In this document: positions 20,290 through 30,974 of the stretch, piece by piece | Layout: the number at the start of each line of letters is the position of its first letter | Numbering within the stretch: the stretch's first letter is position 1 | From: Deltaproteobacteria bacterium | Lineage (GTDB): Bacteria > Myxococcota_A > Polyangia > Polyangiales > Houyiibacteriaceae | Direction of reading: 5' to 3' | DNA length: 64,000 nucleotides | NCBI GenBank assembly: GCA_034670305.1 | Contig: JAXMNT010000004.1 | Coordinates: forward strand, 160,001 to 224,000 | The notes under the pieces: generated by a model | The model's database searches: none | The model's input: the letters and a program-made list of their open reading frames with translations, nothing else | Told to the model about the DNA's origin: nothing | Position numbers and translations under genes: made by a program

Positions 20290-20583
20290 ATGGGTGCGCA
20301 CGAGCAGTGTCATTGCCCGCGGTGCAAGCGGGATGTCCGGGTCGAACGCCCCTGGCGCGGCTTCCGAGTGCTCTGGCGCGGCTGGCTCGGCCTGGTCGTC
20401 CTGCTCGGGCTGACGGCGCCGGTCTGGGCGACCGACCTGATGGTGATGATGCCCACCGCCTGCTTCATCCTGCTTGCGGGCGGCAGCCTCTCCACCTTCG
20501 CCAAACAACCCCCCACCTGCCGCCGCTGCAAACTCGAACTCACCGACCCCCTCCCCCCGGTCCAAAGCGTCCAGCCGTTCTGA
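20290..20583 (+). CDS. Small membrane protein, CxxC-hydrophobic-CxxC (LITAF-like zinc-ribbon architecture)
   Basis: HCPRC, two hydrophobic segments, then TCRRC. Confidence 0.7.
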   Translation: MGAHEQCHCPRCKRDVRVERPWRGFRVLWRGWLGLVVLLGLTAPVWATDLMVMMPTACFILLAGGSLSTFAKQPPTCRRCKLELTDPLPPVQSVQPF

Positions 20584-20586
20584 GCA

Positions 20587-20915
20587 GAAAGCGGAAGCGG
20601 AAGCGGTCGCGGATCGGAAGCGGTAGCGGATTCGGAGCGGTAGCGGATCGGAAGCGGTAGCGGATTCGGAAGCGGTAGCGGATTCGGAAGCGGTAGCGGA
20701 TTCGGAAGCGGTAGCGGATTCGGAAGCGGCTTCCGTAGCGGCTTCGGTAGCGGCTTCGGATTCGGCGTCGGCTTCGGATTCGGCGTCGGCTTCGGATTCG
20801 GATTCGGCGTCGGCTTCGGATTCGGATTCGGCTTCGGCTTCGGGATCGGATTCGGGATCGGCTTCGGATTCGGAGCCAGGTGCCAGCAAAACCACGGGCA
20901 CGGGCACGGGCACGG
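20587..20915. repeat. Compound array (GGAAGC/GGTAGC/GGATTC/GGCTTC/GGCGTC) plus a (CACGGG)3 run
   Basis: Convergent spacer; contains an 18-bp higher-order period GGAAGCGGTAGCGGATTC. Confidence 0.96.
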
Positions 20916-20933
20916 AACCGCCTCGCCCGTCGC

Positions 20934-23132
20934 TCAGGAGTACACGGTCTCCGGCCACAACCGCGCCACCACCTCCCGCACCCGCATCTCCGCCGTCCAG
21001 TACTCGGACTCCGGATCGATCCGCCACGACCTCTCGAACGCCGCTTCGATCCACGCTTCCACGATCCGCGTGCTCGCTTCGTCTTCCACGACGACGTTCG
21101 CTTCACGCTCCCAAAAACTTGCGGTCGCGTCGAGGTTGGCCGAGCCGACGCTGACGACCTTGCCGTCGGCCGACATCAGCTTGGCGTGCACGTAAGGGCG
21201 CACCACGCCGCCCGCGCAGACGATGAGCGGGTGGTGCGGCTCGACGGTGTACTCGTAGAGCTCGAGGCCGCGGCGCACCAAAGGTTCGAGCCGCCCCTTG
21301 GTCATGTGTTCGAAGACCTCGCGGTAGAGCGGCCCGCGCACGAACGTCCCATCTCCGCGGCGCGGCAGCGCGTTGCCGGTCAGCAGGCAGACCCGCACGC
21401 CCCGACCAAGTGCTCTCCGCACCGCGGCGACCAAGGTCGACACAATCGGGAAGTCGTTGACGATGTACACGTGGTCCTCGGCCCCATCGAGGATCGCTTC
21501 GTACGCCGCCATGCCGTTCGCGTCGTCGACCGCCGCGTGCACCACGAGACGCGTGTGCGCATTGCCGACTTCAGCGGTCGGGCCGGAGAAGATGACGTCT
21601 TCGGGGTCGGCGTCGTTGGCACCCGCGTTGGTCTGCCAGGCGTCTTCGAACGACTGCCACACGTCTTGCACGAGCGGGCCGGTGACTTCGATGTGCGCGT
21701 CGAGCCAGGGGATGCGTTCGTAGGGCGTAGCGCTCGTGATCGCGACTTCGTCGAACCCTCGGTAGTAGAGGTCGCCCGCATTCCGACCACTGACGAAGGC
21801 GACGCGTTGGTCGAAGACGAACACCTTGCGGTGGTCACGTTTCTTGAGTGACTGAAGTTCGAAGAGATCCGTGGCCGGGATCGGGTCGGCAGCGCGCACT
21901 TCGACATTGGGCTCGTCGCGCAGCGCCTGCAGGATCGGGTTCTTCATGCCGAGCGCTTTGTCGCGCGAGTAGAGCGCGTCGACGAGCACCCGCACCTTCA
22001 CCCCACGACGGGCGGCGCCGATGAGCGCGGCGCTGAACCGGTCCATCAGGGCGCCGTCCTCGACGATGTAGACCTGCATGTCGACGCTCGTCGACGCCTC
22101 GTCGATCGACCGGACCACGGCTTCGCGGGCACGCCGGTTGTCGAACTCGACGTGGCACCGGTTGCCGGGACGGACGGGCGTCCGGGTGGTCTCGTCGAGC
22201 CGGAACCGAAATGGTCCGACGCGCCGGCGTCGTGCGTGAATTTCCTCTGCGGCTGCCCGAAGCTGCGCGACGAGCGCTGTCTTGACTGGCGATTCTCCCG
22301 CCTCCTCGCCGAGCGACGCGAGCATCTCCGGTGCGAGCAAGACGACGCCCTCCCCTTCGCAGCCCTCGAACTGATGCAGCTGATGGGTGATGAGGCCGAC
22401 GATCGCGACACCCGATGCGCGGCTGCGGCGGCAGGTGGTGCGCAGAAACGCGGCGTGAAAACTCGCGCCGTACGCCGACCGGTCGATGCCTTCGTGCACG
22501 TGGGAGAGCACGATCGAGGGCGGCAGGTTGAGCGCGGCGATGGACTGTTGAATCACTTCGAGGCGCGAAGCCTCGGCGAAGTCGACCCAGACGAGCGACG
22601 CCACGCGGGCCAGCGCGCCCAGCCGAACCGAGAGCGTCTCGGTGTTGATGCCGCTCATCGCGAGCGCGGCATCGACGTAGACAACGGGCTCGTCGCCAAC
22701 AATGTGCACCCGGGTCGAGCCGCCGCGCTGGACGACGACACCCGCGGGTCCGAGCGCCTCCCAGGTGCACACGTAGTGTCCGGGCGTGTCGTGGCGCGTG
22801 GTGAAGAACGCGGCACCGCCGAGCACCTCGGCTTCGCCCACCTGCACCACCTCTTCGCCGGAGGTGAGCGAGAAGCGGATCCGATCACTCAGCAACCCCC
22901 GCAGCGCAGAGGTCTCCGCGACGACTTCGAAGCTCTCCCCCGCCGCCACGATCTGGTCGTGCGAGCTGGGGCGCAGGAAACGGACGACGTCCGCGTAGCG
23001 TCGCAGCTGCTCCACCGAGCGCCCGACCAGCTCCGCCGCGCGACCGAGCAACTCGCGTCCTTCGGTCTCCTCGCTGCGCTCCTTCCACAAGCTGCGAAGG
23101 GTGGCGAGGGTGCCGCCTTCCTCTTCACTCAT
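20934..23132 (-). CDS. Phospholipase D-like / cardiolipin synthase-family protein with long N-terminal extension
   Basis: Two HKD motifs (DHRKVFVFD...SGRN; VHAKLMSAD...VGSANLD) and AARRGVKVRVLVD. Confidence 0.9.
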   Translation of the reverse strand: MSEEEGGTLATLRSLWKERSEETEGRELLGRAAELVGRSVEQLRRYADVVRFLRPSSHDQIVAAGESFEVVAETSALRGLLSDRIRFSLTSGEEVVQVGEAEVLGGAAFFTTRHDTPGHYVCTWEALGPAGVVVQRGGSTRVHIVGDEPVVYVDAALAMSGINTETLSVRLGALARVASLVWVDFAEASRLEVIQQSIAALNLPPSIVLSHVHEGIDRSAYGASFHAAFLRTTCRRSRASGVAIVGLITHQLHQFEGCEGEGVVLLAPEMLASLGEEAGESPVKTALVAQLRAAAEEIHARRRRVGPFRFRLDETTRTPVRPGNRCHVEFDNRRAREAVVRSIDEASTSVDMQVYIVEDGALMDRFSAALIGAARRGVKVRVLVDALYSRDKALGMKNPILQALRDEPNVEVRAADPIPATDLFELQSLKKRDHRKVFVFDQRVAFVSGRNAGDLYYRGFDEVAITSATPYERIPWLDAHIEVTGPLVQDVWQSFEDAWQTNAGANDADPEDVIFSGPTAEVGNAHTRLVVHAAVDDANGMAAYEAILDGAEDHVYIVNDFPIVSTLVAAVRRALGRGVRVCLLTGNALPRRGDGTFVRGPLYREVFEHMTKGRLEPLVRRGLELYEYTVEPHHPLIVCAGGVVRPYVHAKLMSADGKVVSVGSANLDATASFWEREANVVVEDEASTRIVEAWIEAAFERSWRIDPESEYWTAEMRVREVVARLWPETVYS

Positions 23133-23218
23133 CGCTGTGCTCCCGCGCCCATGGCGGGATGCTGACACCGTTTGCCCGCCGCGGCAGGCGAATCAGCATC
23201 AGCCTCCAACGCAGTCGC

Positions 23219-23297
23219 TCAGGCCTCCTCCGACTTCGCTTCGCACGAGCGAGGACGGTCGTCGGCGCCTTGACAGGGCGCTCTCACAGCAGCCTGA
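23219..23297. other. Intergenic hairpin element
   Basis: TCAGGC...GCCTGA ends; internal GGCGCCTT-GAC-AGGGCGCT hairpin; GCTTCGC motif. Confidence 0.45.
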
Positions 23298-23304
23298 TCC
23301 TCCG

Positions 23305-24135
23305 ATGACCGAACTCCAGTTCCTCGAGGCCAACGGCGTGCGCCTCGCGTACTACAGCGAAGGCGAAGGCCCGCTCGTCGTGCTGACGCACGGCTTCCCG
23401 GACACCGCACACACCTGGGACGGGATCCGACCGGCGATCGCCCGCGCAGGATTCCGGGCGGTCACCCCGTTTCTGCGCGGCTACGCGCCCTCGGCGGCGG
23501 CGCCCGACGGCAAGTACGACTCCGACACGCTCGGGCGCGACGTGCTCGCCCTCGCGGCGGCGCTCTCCGACGAACCCGCCACGCTCATCGGGCACGACTT
23601 CGGCGCGAGCGCGTCGTATGCCGCGGCGGCGTTCGGTGGACCCGAGCGGGTCCGGCAACTCGTCACGCTGGCGATACCGCACCCCGCGGTGGTCAAACCG
23701 TCGCTCGGACTGCTCTGGCGGGCGCGGCACTTCATCGCGTTCAAGATGCCCGGCGCCGTCGGTCGCCTGCGGGCGAACGACTTCGCCCAGGTGGACGAGC
23801 TGGTGAAACGGTGGTCGCCGCAGTGGTCTTTTTCGGCCGAGGACACGCGTACCGCGAAGGAGTGTTTCGCGCAGCCAGGGAGCGCGGAGGCCGCGATCGA
23901 CTTCTACAAGCAGCTGAGCCCGAAGTTGCCCGAGGGGCACCGCAAGAAGATCGACGTGCCCACCGTGAGCTTCGCGGGCGAGACCGACGGCGCGTTGCTC
24001 GACCTGACGTTGTACGAGAAGGCGCGGTCTCGCTTCACGTCGGACTACGAGGTCGTGACCCTGCCGGGCGGGCACTTTCTGCATCTCGAGCACCCCGAGC
24101 AGTTCGAGCAGGAACTGATGCAGCGGCTTCGCTAG
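23305..24135 (+). CDS. Alpha/beta hydrolase (epoxide hydrolase-like)
   Basis: HGFPD, GHDFGA nucleophile elbow, GETDG and GHFLHLEHP. Confidence 0.93.
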   Translation: MTELQFLEANGVRLAYYSEGEGPLVVLTHGFPDTAHTWDGIRPAIARAGFRAVTPFLRGYAPSAAAPDGKYDSDTLGRDVLALAAALSDEPATLIGHDFGASASYAAAAFGGPERVRQLVTLAIPHPAVVKPSLGLLWRARHFIAFKMPGAVGRLRANDFAQVDELVKRWSPQWSFSAEDTRTAKECFAQPGSAEAAIDFYKQLSPKLPEGHRKKIDVPTVSFAGETDGALLDLTLYEKARSRFTSDYEVVTLPGGHFLHLEHPEQFEQELMQRLR

Positions 24136-24242
24136 AAACCCGGGTGTCGGTGGGAAGCCCGCGGTTTGTCGGTTCCGTCGTGCGTGGCTGACAGCGGTGA
24201 CATGGGCTCGACGAAAGCGGCGAGAAGCGTGGGGTTCCGGGC

Positions 24243-24258
24243 TGGCACACGACGTGCT
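24243..24258 (+). promoter_or_regulatory. Putative sigma-54 (-24/-12) promoter
   Basis: TGGCACACGACGTGCT has GG-N10-GC spacing and lies about 30 bp upstream of GGAG-ATG (24289). Confidence 0.6.
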
Positions 24259-24288
24259 GTATAGGCTCCCGAAAGGATGGGAGTACCC

Positions 24289-24981
24289 ATGAAACAAACC
24301 AAGATCCACCGCGTCCTGCTCGTCACCTTCGCGCTCGTCGCGTGTTCCGGGTCGGAGGACGCCCCAGCCACCGAAGGCGCCACCGAGGCGACCGAGACGC
24401 CCACCGAGGTCGCCGCACCGGCGACCTTCGAATACACCGAGACCCCAACCCTGGACATGGTGCCCGCTGGCCCCGTTCAGGTCAGCGCCAACGGGCGCAC
24501 GATCGAGATCAAGACGATCCTCTTCCAGCCGCGGCTCGACACCTGGTCCTTCCAGATGAGCACCGGCGAACTCGAGCGACCGACCGGCATGCTGCCGAAC
24601 GGTTCGGAGACGGTGAACATCACCGGCCTGCCGCAGGAACTCGGCGTCGGCACGTACTCGCACACGATGGACGAGAGCGGCGGCGGCTACTTCCAAATCC
24701 AGCAGCCGGACGACCCCACCCGCACCACGAGCTGGAACACGCGCATGGCGTACCACCTCCAGATCACCGCATGGGATGTGGCGGAGTACGATTCGGAGGC
24801 GTCGATGTTCCAGGTGGCCGGCAAAGCGAGCGGCAAGGTCGTCGTGACCTTCCGCGGCAGCGGCGACCGCTTCGCGAACAGCTGGGCGGTGGGCACGTTC
24901 ACCGACGCGCCGGTTCGCTACATGGGCAAGCCCCGCTGGGTCCGGGATGCGGAGGAGGCGGCGGCGGCGGCGGCGGAGTAA
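24289..24981 (+). CDS. Hypothetical lipoprotein
   Basis: MKQTKIHRVLLVTFALVAC lipobox; GGAG RBS. Confidence 0.85.
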   Translation: MKQTKIHRVLLVTFALVACSGSEDAPATEGATEATETPTEVAAPATFEYTETPTLDMVPAGPVQVSANGRTIEIKTILFQPRLDTWSFQMSTGELERPTGMLPNGSETVNITGLPQELGVGTYSHTMDESGGGYFQIQQPDDPTRTTSWNTRMAYHLQITAWDVAEYDSEASMFQVAGKASGKVVVTFRGSGDRFANSWAVGTFTDAPVRYMGKPRWVRDAEEAAAAAAE

Positions 24982-25005
24982 GGGCTGCTGAAAGAGAAGT
25001 GAACT

Positions 25006-25047
25006 GGGGAAGCGCCCGGGACCGGAGACGGTCTCGGGCGTTTTCTC
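25006..25047 (+). terminator. Rho-independent terminator
   Basis: AGCGCCCGGGACCG-GAGA-CGGTCTCGGGCGTT stem-loop followed by TTCTC. Confidence 0.75.
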
Positions 25048-25069
25048 GTTGGGCGTTCCTCGCGAGCGG

Positions 25070-25428
25070 CCCGTGCCCCGTGTGCCCGTGCCCCGTGCTT
25101 CCGACGCCGAAGCCGATGCCGATGCCGATGCCGATGCCGATGCCGATGCCGAAGCCGAGGCCGAGGCCGAGGCCGATGCCGAATCCGACGCCGAATCCGA
25201 ATCCGACGCCGAATCCGAATCCGAATCCGAATCCGAATCCGAATCCCGCTACCGCTGCCGCTGCCGCTGCCGCTGCCGCTGCCGCTGCCGCTGCCGCTGC
25301 CGCTGCCGCTGCCGCTGCCGCTGCAGCTGTCTCTGTCTCTGTCTCTGTCTCTGTCTCTGTCTCTGCCGCTGCCGCCCGCCGCTGCCGCCCGCCGCTGCTG
25401 CCGCTGCCGCTGCCGCTGCCGCTGCCGC
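25070..25428. repeat. Compound array (CCCGTG, GATGCC, GAGGCC, GAATCC, GCTGCC and GTCTCT blocks)
   Basis: Convergent spacer; visible directly. Confidence 0.96.
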
Positions 25429-25432
25429 TCTC

Positions 25433-26341
25433 CTACCTGGTTGCGGTGATCGCTTGGCGGAGGCGGGCGAGCGGGGCGGTGTCGTGCAGTCGGATTCCGT
25501 CGTCCGTCTCCACGACGCCGAGGCGGCCGAAGAAGGCGTCGAGGTCGACGGTGCCGCGTTGGGCGGCCATCTCGGCGTACAGGTCGGAGAGCACGGTCGT
25601 GCCGCTCAGCTCGTCGGCGACGCGGACGACTTCGGCGGTGGTCCAGCGGACGCGGGCGTTGCCGCCGCGGGCGAGGATGCCTTGCACGATCGACTGGACG
25701 CTGGCGCGGCCGCGGGTGGCCGACCGCAGACGGACGTCGGCGACCATCCAGAAGAGTGCGCCGCCCCAGTAGAGGGCGCCCCAGCTGCGGGTGTGGTCGA
25801 GGCCGCGGTCGCGGCGGCCCGGCAGGCCGTTGGGCATCTTCTGAACGAAGCGCTCCCACACCCGCTCTTCGGTGATTCTGTTCTCGCGCGCGAGCATGAT
25901 CGACTCGAGGTAGGTCGACAGGCCTTCGCGCATCCACCGGTGCCGGTTGGCGAGCATCGGGAACGCGACGTGCGCCATCTCGTGGCGCAGCACCCAGTCG
26001 CGCGCCAGCTGCTCGTCGGTCGTGTTGCGGCCGACGCGAACACGCACGCGGCGGCCGCGAAAGTGCTGTCCGAACCCGACCCGCGATCCGGAGTTCACGT
26101 TGAGCTCCACCTGCAGCGTGCGCACCGGGTATCGGCCGAAGTAGGTCGCGATGGTCTCCGCCGACTCCCGCACCCAAGTCAGCAAACGCCTGCGCTCCGA
26201 GCGGTCGACCCCGCCTTCGAACGACACCTCGAGCCGAGCCCCCGCCACCCTCAGCGTGGTCGGCCGGGATTGGGACTGCGCGTCCGCGCGCTCCGGTGCT
26301 GGTCCAGCGAGAAGGAGAAGGGCCAGGAGGGTCGTACGCAC
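25433..26341 (-). CDS. Secreted gluzincin-type zinc metallopeptidase (M61/M1-like)
   Basis: Signal peptide; HEMAH...[15 protein letters not shown]. Confidence 0.8.
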   Translation of the reverse strand: MRTTLLALLLLAGPAPERADAQSQSRPTTLRVAGARLEVSFEGGVDRSERRRLLTWVRESAETIATYFGRYPVRTLQVELNVNSGSRVGFGQHFRGRRVRVRVGRNTTDEQLARDWVLRHEMAHVAFPMLANRHRWMREGLSTYLESIMLARENRITEERVWERFVQKMPNGLPGRRDRGLDHTRSWGALYWGGALFWMVADVRLRSATRGRASVQSIVQGILARGGNARVRWTTAEVVRVADELSGTTVLSDLYAEMAAQRGTVDLDAFFGRLGVVETDDGIRLHDTAPLARLRQAITATR

Positions 26342-26386
26342 GCCATCGGAGGATAGCAGCCCAAACAAGGGACGGCGGGCATGCGC

Positions 26387-26699
26387 CGGCTTCGGCATCG
26401 GCATCGGCATCGGCATCGGCGTCGGCTTCGGCGTCGGCTTCGGTGTCGGCTTCGGCTTCGGTGTCGGCTTCGGATTCGGCTTCGGCTTCGGGGTCGGCTT
26501 CGGGGTCGGCTTCGGTGTCGGCTTCGGTGTCGGCTTCGGCTTCGGCGTCGGCTTCGGATTCGGCGTCGGCATCGGAGTCGGCGTCGGATTCGGATTCGGA
26601 TTCGGCTTCGGCGTCGGCATCGGAGTCGGCATCGGCTTCGGCGTCGGCTTCGGCTTCGGCTTCGGCTTCGGCTTCGGCATCGGGATCGGGATCAGGATC
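26387..26699. repeat. Compound hexamer array (GGCATC/GGCTTC/GGTGTC/GGCGTC/GGATTC)
   Basis: Fills most of a divergent spacer. Confidence 0.97.
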
Positions 26700-26742
26700 C
26701 CCCCCTTGCGCCCGCCCGAACCCGACCCACTCTGCGCCGCCA

Positions 26743-27633
26743 ATGCGCGCCGACGTTCTGTTCCTCCGCCCCCTCACCCCTCAAGCCACCGCCGACGGAT
26801 TCGAAGACGAAGCGCTCGCCGTCGAGATGCTCGACCTCGACGCCCATGTGATCCCCTTCGATCTCATCGTTGACGGCGAAGCCGATCGCGCGGTGGAACA
26901 GTTGCCGGAAGGGGGCGGCCGCACCTACTTGCTTCGCAGTTGGATCCTCTCGCTCGAGGAGTACGAAGCGCTGGACGAAGCGCTCGCGGAACGGGGCGAT
27001 CAGCTGGTCAGTACGCCGGAGGAATACGAACGCACGCTCTACCTGCCGGAGTGGGCGCCGCTTCTTGGGGAACGTACGCCAGCTTCCATCTGGACCGACG
27101 GCGCGGAGGCGGCCGAAGCCTACGAGCTTGCGCGCACCACGCTCGGTCCACCGCCGTGGATCCTCAAAGACCACGTGAAGAGTGCGAAGGAGCAGTGGCT
27201 CGAAGCCTGCTTCGTGGCGCCCGAAACCACCGAAGCCGAGTTCACCGCCATGGTGGACAACCTGCTCACCGAACGGGGCGAGCGGTTCGAACGCGGCCTG
27301 GTGGTGCGCAAGTTCGTCGACCTCGCCCCCCTCCCCTACTCCACCGAAGAACGCCGCATCCCGGATGAACACCGCCTGGTCTTCTTCGAAGGCGAACTCA
27401 TCGCCTCCAGCCCCTACCACGACGTCGAAGACCCCGAGTTCGAACCGGTTGACTTCCACTGGGTCGCGGACGCGCTCGACGCCCCCTTCGTCACGGTCGA
27501 CGTCGCCCGCCTCCGCGACGAAGACCCGCACTCCGCCGACGGCTGGACCGTCATCGAGATCAACCCGGGCGAAGTCACCACCTGGCCCGCCCAAATGGAT
27601 CCAAGAGCGCTGTACAAACGCCTCTTGGACTGA
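26743..27633 (+). CDS. ATP-grasp domain protein (R2K clade / DUF4343-like)
   Basis: [32 protein letters not shown] and FVTVDVAR...WTVIEIN. Confidence 0.82.
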   Translation: MRADVLFLRPLTPQATADGFEDEALAVEMLDLDAHVIPFDLIVDGEADRAVEQLPEGGGRTYLLRSWILSLEEYEALDEALAERGDQLVSTPEEYERTLYLPEWAPLLGERTPASIWTDGAEAAEAYELARTTLGPPPWILKDHVKSAKEQWLEACFVAPETTEAEFTAMVDNLLTERGERFERGLVVRKFVDLAPLPYSTEERRIPDEHRLVFFEGELIASSPYHDVEDPEFEPVDFHWVADALDAPFVTVDVARLRDEDPHSADGWTVIEINPGEVTTWPAQMDPRALYKRLLD

Positions 27634-27675
27634 CGGCAAGAGCGGCGAAGCGGGTCGGATCGGGTCGGTGACGGA

Positions 27676-28119
<444 letters not shown>

Positions 28120-28227
28120 GCTGATCGCCGCCGCAACGGTCAGGCCAGGGCAACCGCCCAAGCCCCCGCCAACGCCAACGCCCCCGCAGCAACCAACCCC
28201 ACCGCCAACGCAGCGAGAAGGCGGTTG

Positions 28228-30945
28228 TCAGTGCGCGGCGCCCCAGGTCTTGCCCCAGCCGACGTCCGCCACGAGCGGTACCGAGATCTCCATCGCGCCT
28301 TCCATGACGCTCCGGACCACCGGCTCCACCCGCTCCTTCTCGGCTTCCGGCACCTCGAGCAGGAGCTCGTCGTGCACTGTGAGGATCATGCGGGACTCGA
28401 AGTCCTGTTTCCGGAGCGCGGCGTGCAAACGCACCATCGCGACCTTGATGATGTCCGCGGCGGTGCCTTGGATCGGGGTGTTGCGCGCGATGCGTTCGGC
28501 GCCGTGCCGGAGCGCCGGGTTCTTGCTGCGGATGTCGGCGAGCGCGCGGCGGCGGCCGAGCAACGTCGTCACGTAGCCGGTCGCCCGCGCCTCTTCGACG
28601 ATCTCATCCATGAAACGCTGTACGCCCGCGTAGCGCTCGAAGAATGCGTCGATGTAGCCGCGCGCTTCGGTCTTCGTGATGCGGAGGTTCTGCGCCAGGG
28701 CCCACTGGGTCTGCCCGTAGATGACCGCGAAGTTCACCGTCTTGGCCTGCCCGCGCTGCTCGCGGGTGACGGCGTCTTTCTCGATGTCGAAGATGGCGGA
28801 GGCGGTGCGCACATGCACGTCTTCGTTCTTCGAGTACGCGTCGATGAGCTCGGGATCTTGGGACAGATGCGCGAGCACGCGCAGTTCGATCTGGGAGTAG
28901 TCCGCCGCAAGCAACCAGCACCCGTCGCGCGGCACGAACGCGTCGCGCACGCGGCGGCCCATCTCGGTGCGGATCGGGATGTTCTGCAGGTTGGGATCGC
29001 TCGAGCTCAGCCGACCGGTCTGCGCGACCGCCTGGTTGTAGCGGGTGTGGATGCGGCCGGTCTCCGGATGACGCGCGAGCGGCAGGGCGTCGAGGTAGGT
29101 GCCCTTGAGCTTCGACATCGATCGCAGCTCCAGGATCACCTCGGGGAGCGGGTGCTGGGAGGCGAGCTCGTTGAGCACCGAGGCATCGGTCGAACGCGCG
29201 GTCTTGGTCTTCTTGATGACCGGGAGCTTCAGCTCGTCGAAGAGGATCGTCTCGAGCGCCCGCGGCGACCCCACGTTGAACTTCTGGCCCGCGAGCTCGT
29301 GCGCCTTCTTCTCGAGCCGGTCGATCTCGAGGCCGGCTTCGACGCTCATCTTCTCCAGAATCGACGCGTCGATCGCGACGCCGATGCGCTCCATGTCGGC
29401 GAGCACATGCGCGAGCGGAATCTCCAGCGTGTCGAAGAGCACGTGGAAGTCGCCGTGCTCCATGCGCGGTCGCAAGAGGTTCGTCAGACGAAGCACGTAG
29501 TCGGCCCGCGCGCCGGCGACTTCGGAGACCGGTTCCACTTCGAGTTCGTCGACCGACTGCTTCTTGGACTTGGTGAGCTTCGCCATCGTCGGCACTTCGC
29601 CGTCGAGTTCTGCCCGCGCCACGATCTCGAGCGAGTGCCCGTGGCGGCTCGGGTCGTAGAGGTAGCTCGCGAGCGCGACATCGAAACGTCCGCCGCGGAA
29701 CGTCACGCCGCGCCGGCCCCACGCGAGGTCTTCCCGTTTGAGGTCGCCGCTGAACTTCGGAAACAGCGAGTTCTCGAGCAACGGCGCAAGCACCGACTGC
29801 GCGTCGTCGAGCGACATCTGGGTCGGTACCCCGATGTAGCGGTGCGACACCGGCACGTAGACCGAGATGCCCTCCACCCAGGCGAGCCCGATGCCCACGA
29901 TGTCCGCGGTCAGAGGGTCGGTCCCCGAGAGCACCGTCTCGATCGCGAGCTGCCCGGCTTTGCGCACTTCCACCGCGACCATCTCGAGTTCTTCGACGGT
30001 CTCGAGCAGTCGCACCTTGCTCTCCATGGTCGGGGTCGGGTCGAGTTGCGCGAGCAGGCGGGTGAACTCGAGCTCCGCGAAGATGCGGCGGATCTCGTGT
30101 CCGTCGCCACCGTCGAACGCGAGCTTCTCGAGATCCCACTCGAGGTCGACGTCGTAGCGGAGCGACACGAGCTCCCGGCTGAGCCGCGCGTCGTCCTCGT
30201 GGTCGCGCAGCTTCTCCTTCACCTTGCCCTTCACCTTGTCGAGGTTGGCGTAGAGGCCTTCGAAGTCGCCGTACTGGATCAGCAGCTTGGACGCGGTTTT
30301 CGGACCGACGGAGGGCACGCCGGGCACGTTGTCTGACTTGTCGCCGGTGAGCGCCAAGAGGTCGCGAACGAGCTTCGGTTCGACGCCGAACTTCGCGACG
30401 GTCTCCGGCACACCGAACACGGTCTCGCGCATCGTGTCCCACATGACGACGCCGTCTCCGACGAGCTGCAAGAGATCCTTGTCGGCGCTGACGACGACGG
30501 CTGGACGTTTCTCTGCGCGGCAGCGCTCCACCACGGTCGCGATGGCGTCGTCGGCTTCCATGCCGTCCTGGCCGAGGAGCGGAATGCCGAACGCTTCGCA
30601 GACCTCGAAGACGCGTTTGATCTGGATCGCGAGGTCTTCGGGGGGCGGCGGCCGGTTCGCTTTGTACTTGCCGTAGATGTCGCGCCGGAACGAACCCTTC
30701 TTGCTGTCGATGGCGACGCACAACATCTTCGGGTCGCGCTCCTTGAGGAGCTTCATGACCATCGTCGTGACGCCGCGAACCGCGTGCGTCGGTTCGCCGC
30801 GGCTCGAGCTCAGTGGCGGCAGCGCGTGGTAGGCGCGGTAGATGTAGCCGCTGATGTCGATGACGTAGAGGGTGTCTGGATCGCCCTTGGGCGGGAGCTT
30901 CGTCCCCTCCCCCGTCACTGCGCTCTTCTTCTTCTTGGCGGCCAT
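28228..30945 (-). CDS. polA: DNA polymerase I
   Basis: 5'-3' exonuclease domain (YRAYHA, YKANR, EADD, GDKSDNVPGV); polymerase motifs DYSQIELR, KTVNFAVIYG and VHDEL. Confidence 0.98.
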   Translation of the reverse strand: MAAKKKKSAVTGEGTKLPPKGDPDTLYVIDISGYIYRAYHALPPLSSSRGEPTHAVRGVTTMVMKLLKERDPKMLCVAIDSKKGSFRRDIYGKYKANRPPPPEDLAIQIKRVFEVCEAFGIPLLGQDGMEADDAIATVVERCRAEKRPAVVVSADKDLLQLVGDGVVMWDTMRETVFGVPETVAKFGVEPKLVRDLLALTGDKSDNVPGVPSVGPKTASKLLIQYGDFEGLYANLDKVKGKVKEKLRDHEDDARLSRELVSLRYDVDLEWDLEKLAFDGGDGHEIRRIFAELEFTRLLAQLDPTPTMESKVRLLETVEELEMVAVEVRKAGQLAIETVLSGTDPLTADIVGIGLAWVEGISVYVPVSHRYIGVPTQMSLDDAQSVLAPLLENSLFPKFSGDLKREDLAWGRRGVTFRGGRFDVALASYLYDPSRHGHSLEIVARAELDGEVPTMAKLTKSKKQSVDELEVEPVSEVAGARADYVLRLTNLLRPRMEHGDFHVLFDTLEIPLAHVLADMERIGVAIDASILEKMSVEAGLEIDRLEKKAHELAGQKFNVGSPRALETILFDELKLPVIKKTKTARSTDASVLNELASQHPLPEVILELRSMSKLKGTYLDALPLARHPETGRIHTRYNQAVAQTGRLSSSDPNLQNIPIRTEMGRRVRDAFVPRDGCWLLAADYSQIELRVLAHLSQDPELIDAYSKNEDVHVRTASAIFDIEKDAVTREQRGQAKTVNFAVIYGQTQWALAQNLRITKTEARGYIDAFFERYAGVQRFMDEIVEEARATGYVTTLLGRRRALADIRSKNPALRHGAERIARNTPIQGTAADIIKVAMVRLHAALRKQDFESRMILTVHDELLLEVPEAEKERVEPVVRSVMEGAMEISVPLVADVGWGKTWGAAH

Positions 30946-30974
30946 TCCGCCCCTTGTAGCACTTCTTTCTTACA

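Noticed and set aside
24983-24995. GCTGCTGAA motif (also at 43943 and 59877) as IS/MITE terminal remnants
   Set aside because: Too short, unpaired, and no transposase; compatible with chance.
28225-30336. Long antisense ORFs opposite polA, ffh, HD-GYP, VWA and other genes
   Set aside because: These are typical high-GC shadow frames; the opposite strand carries the conserved motifs.
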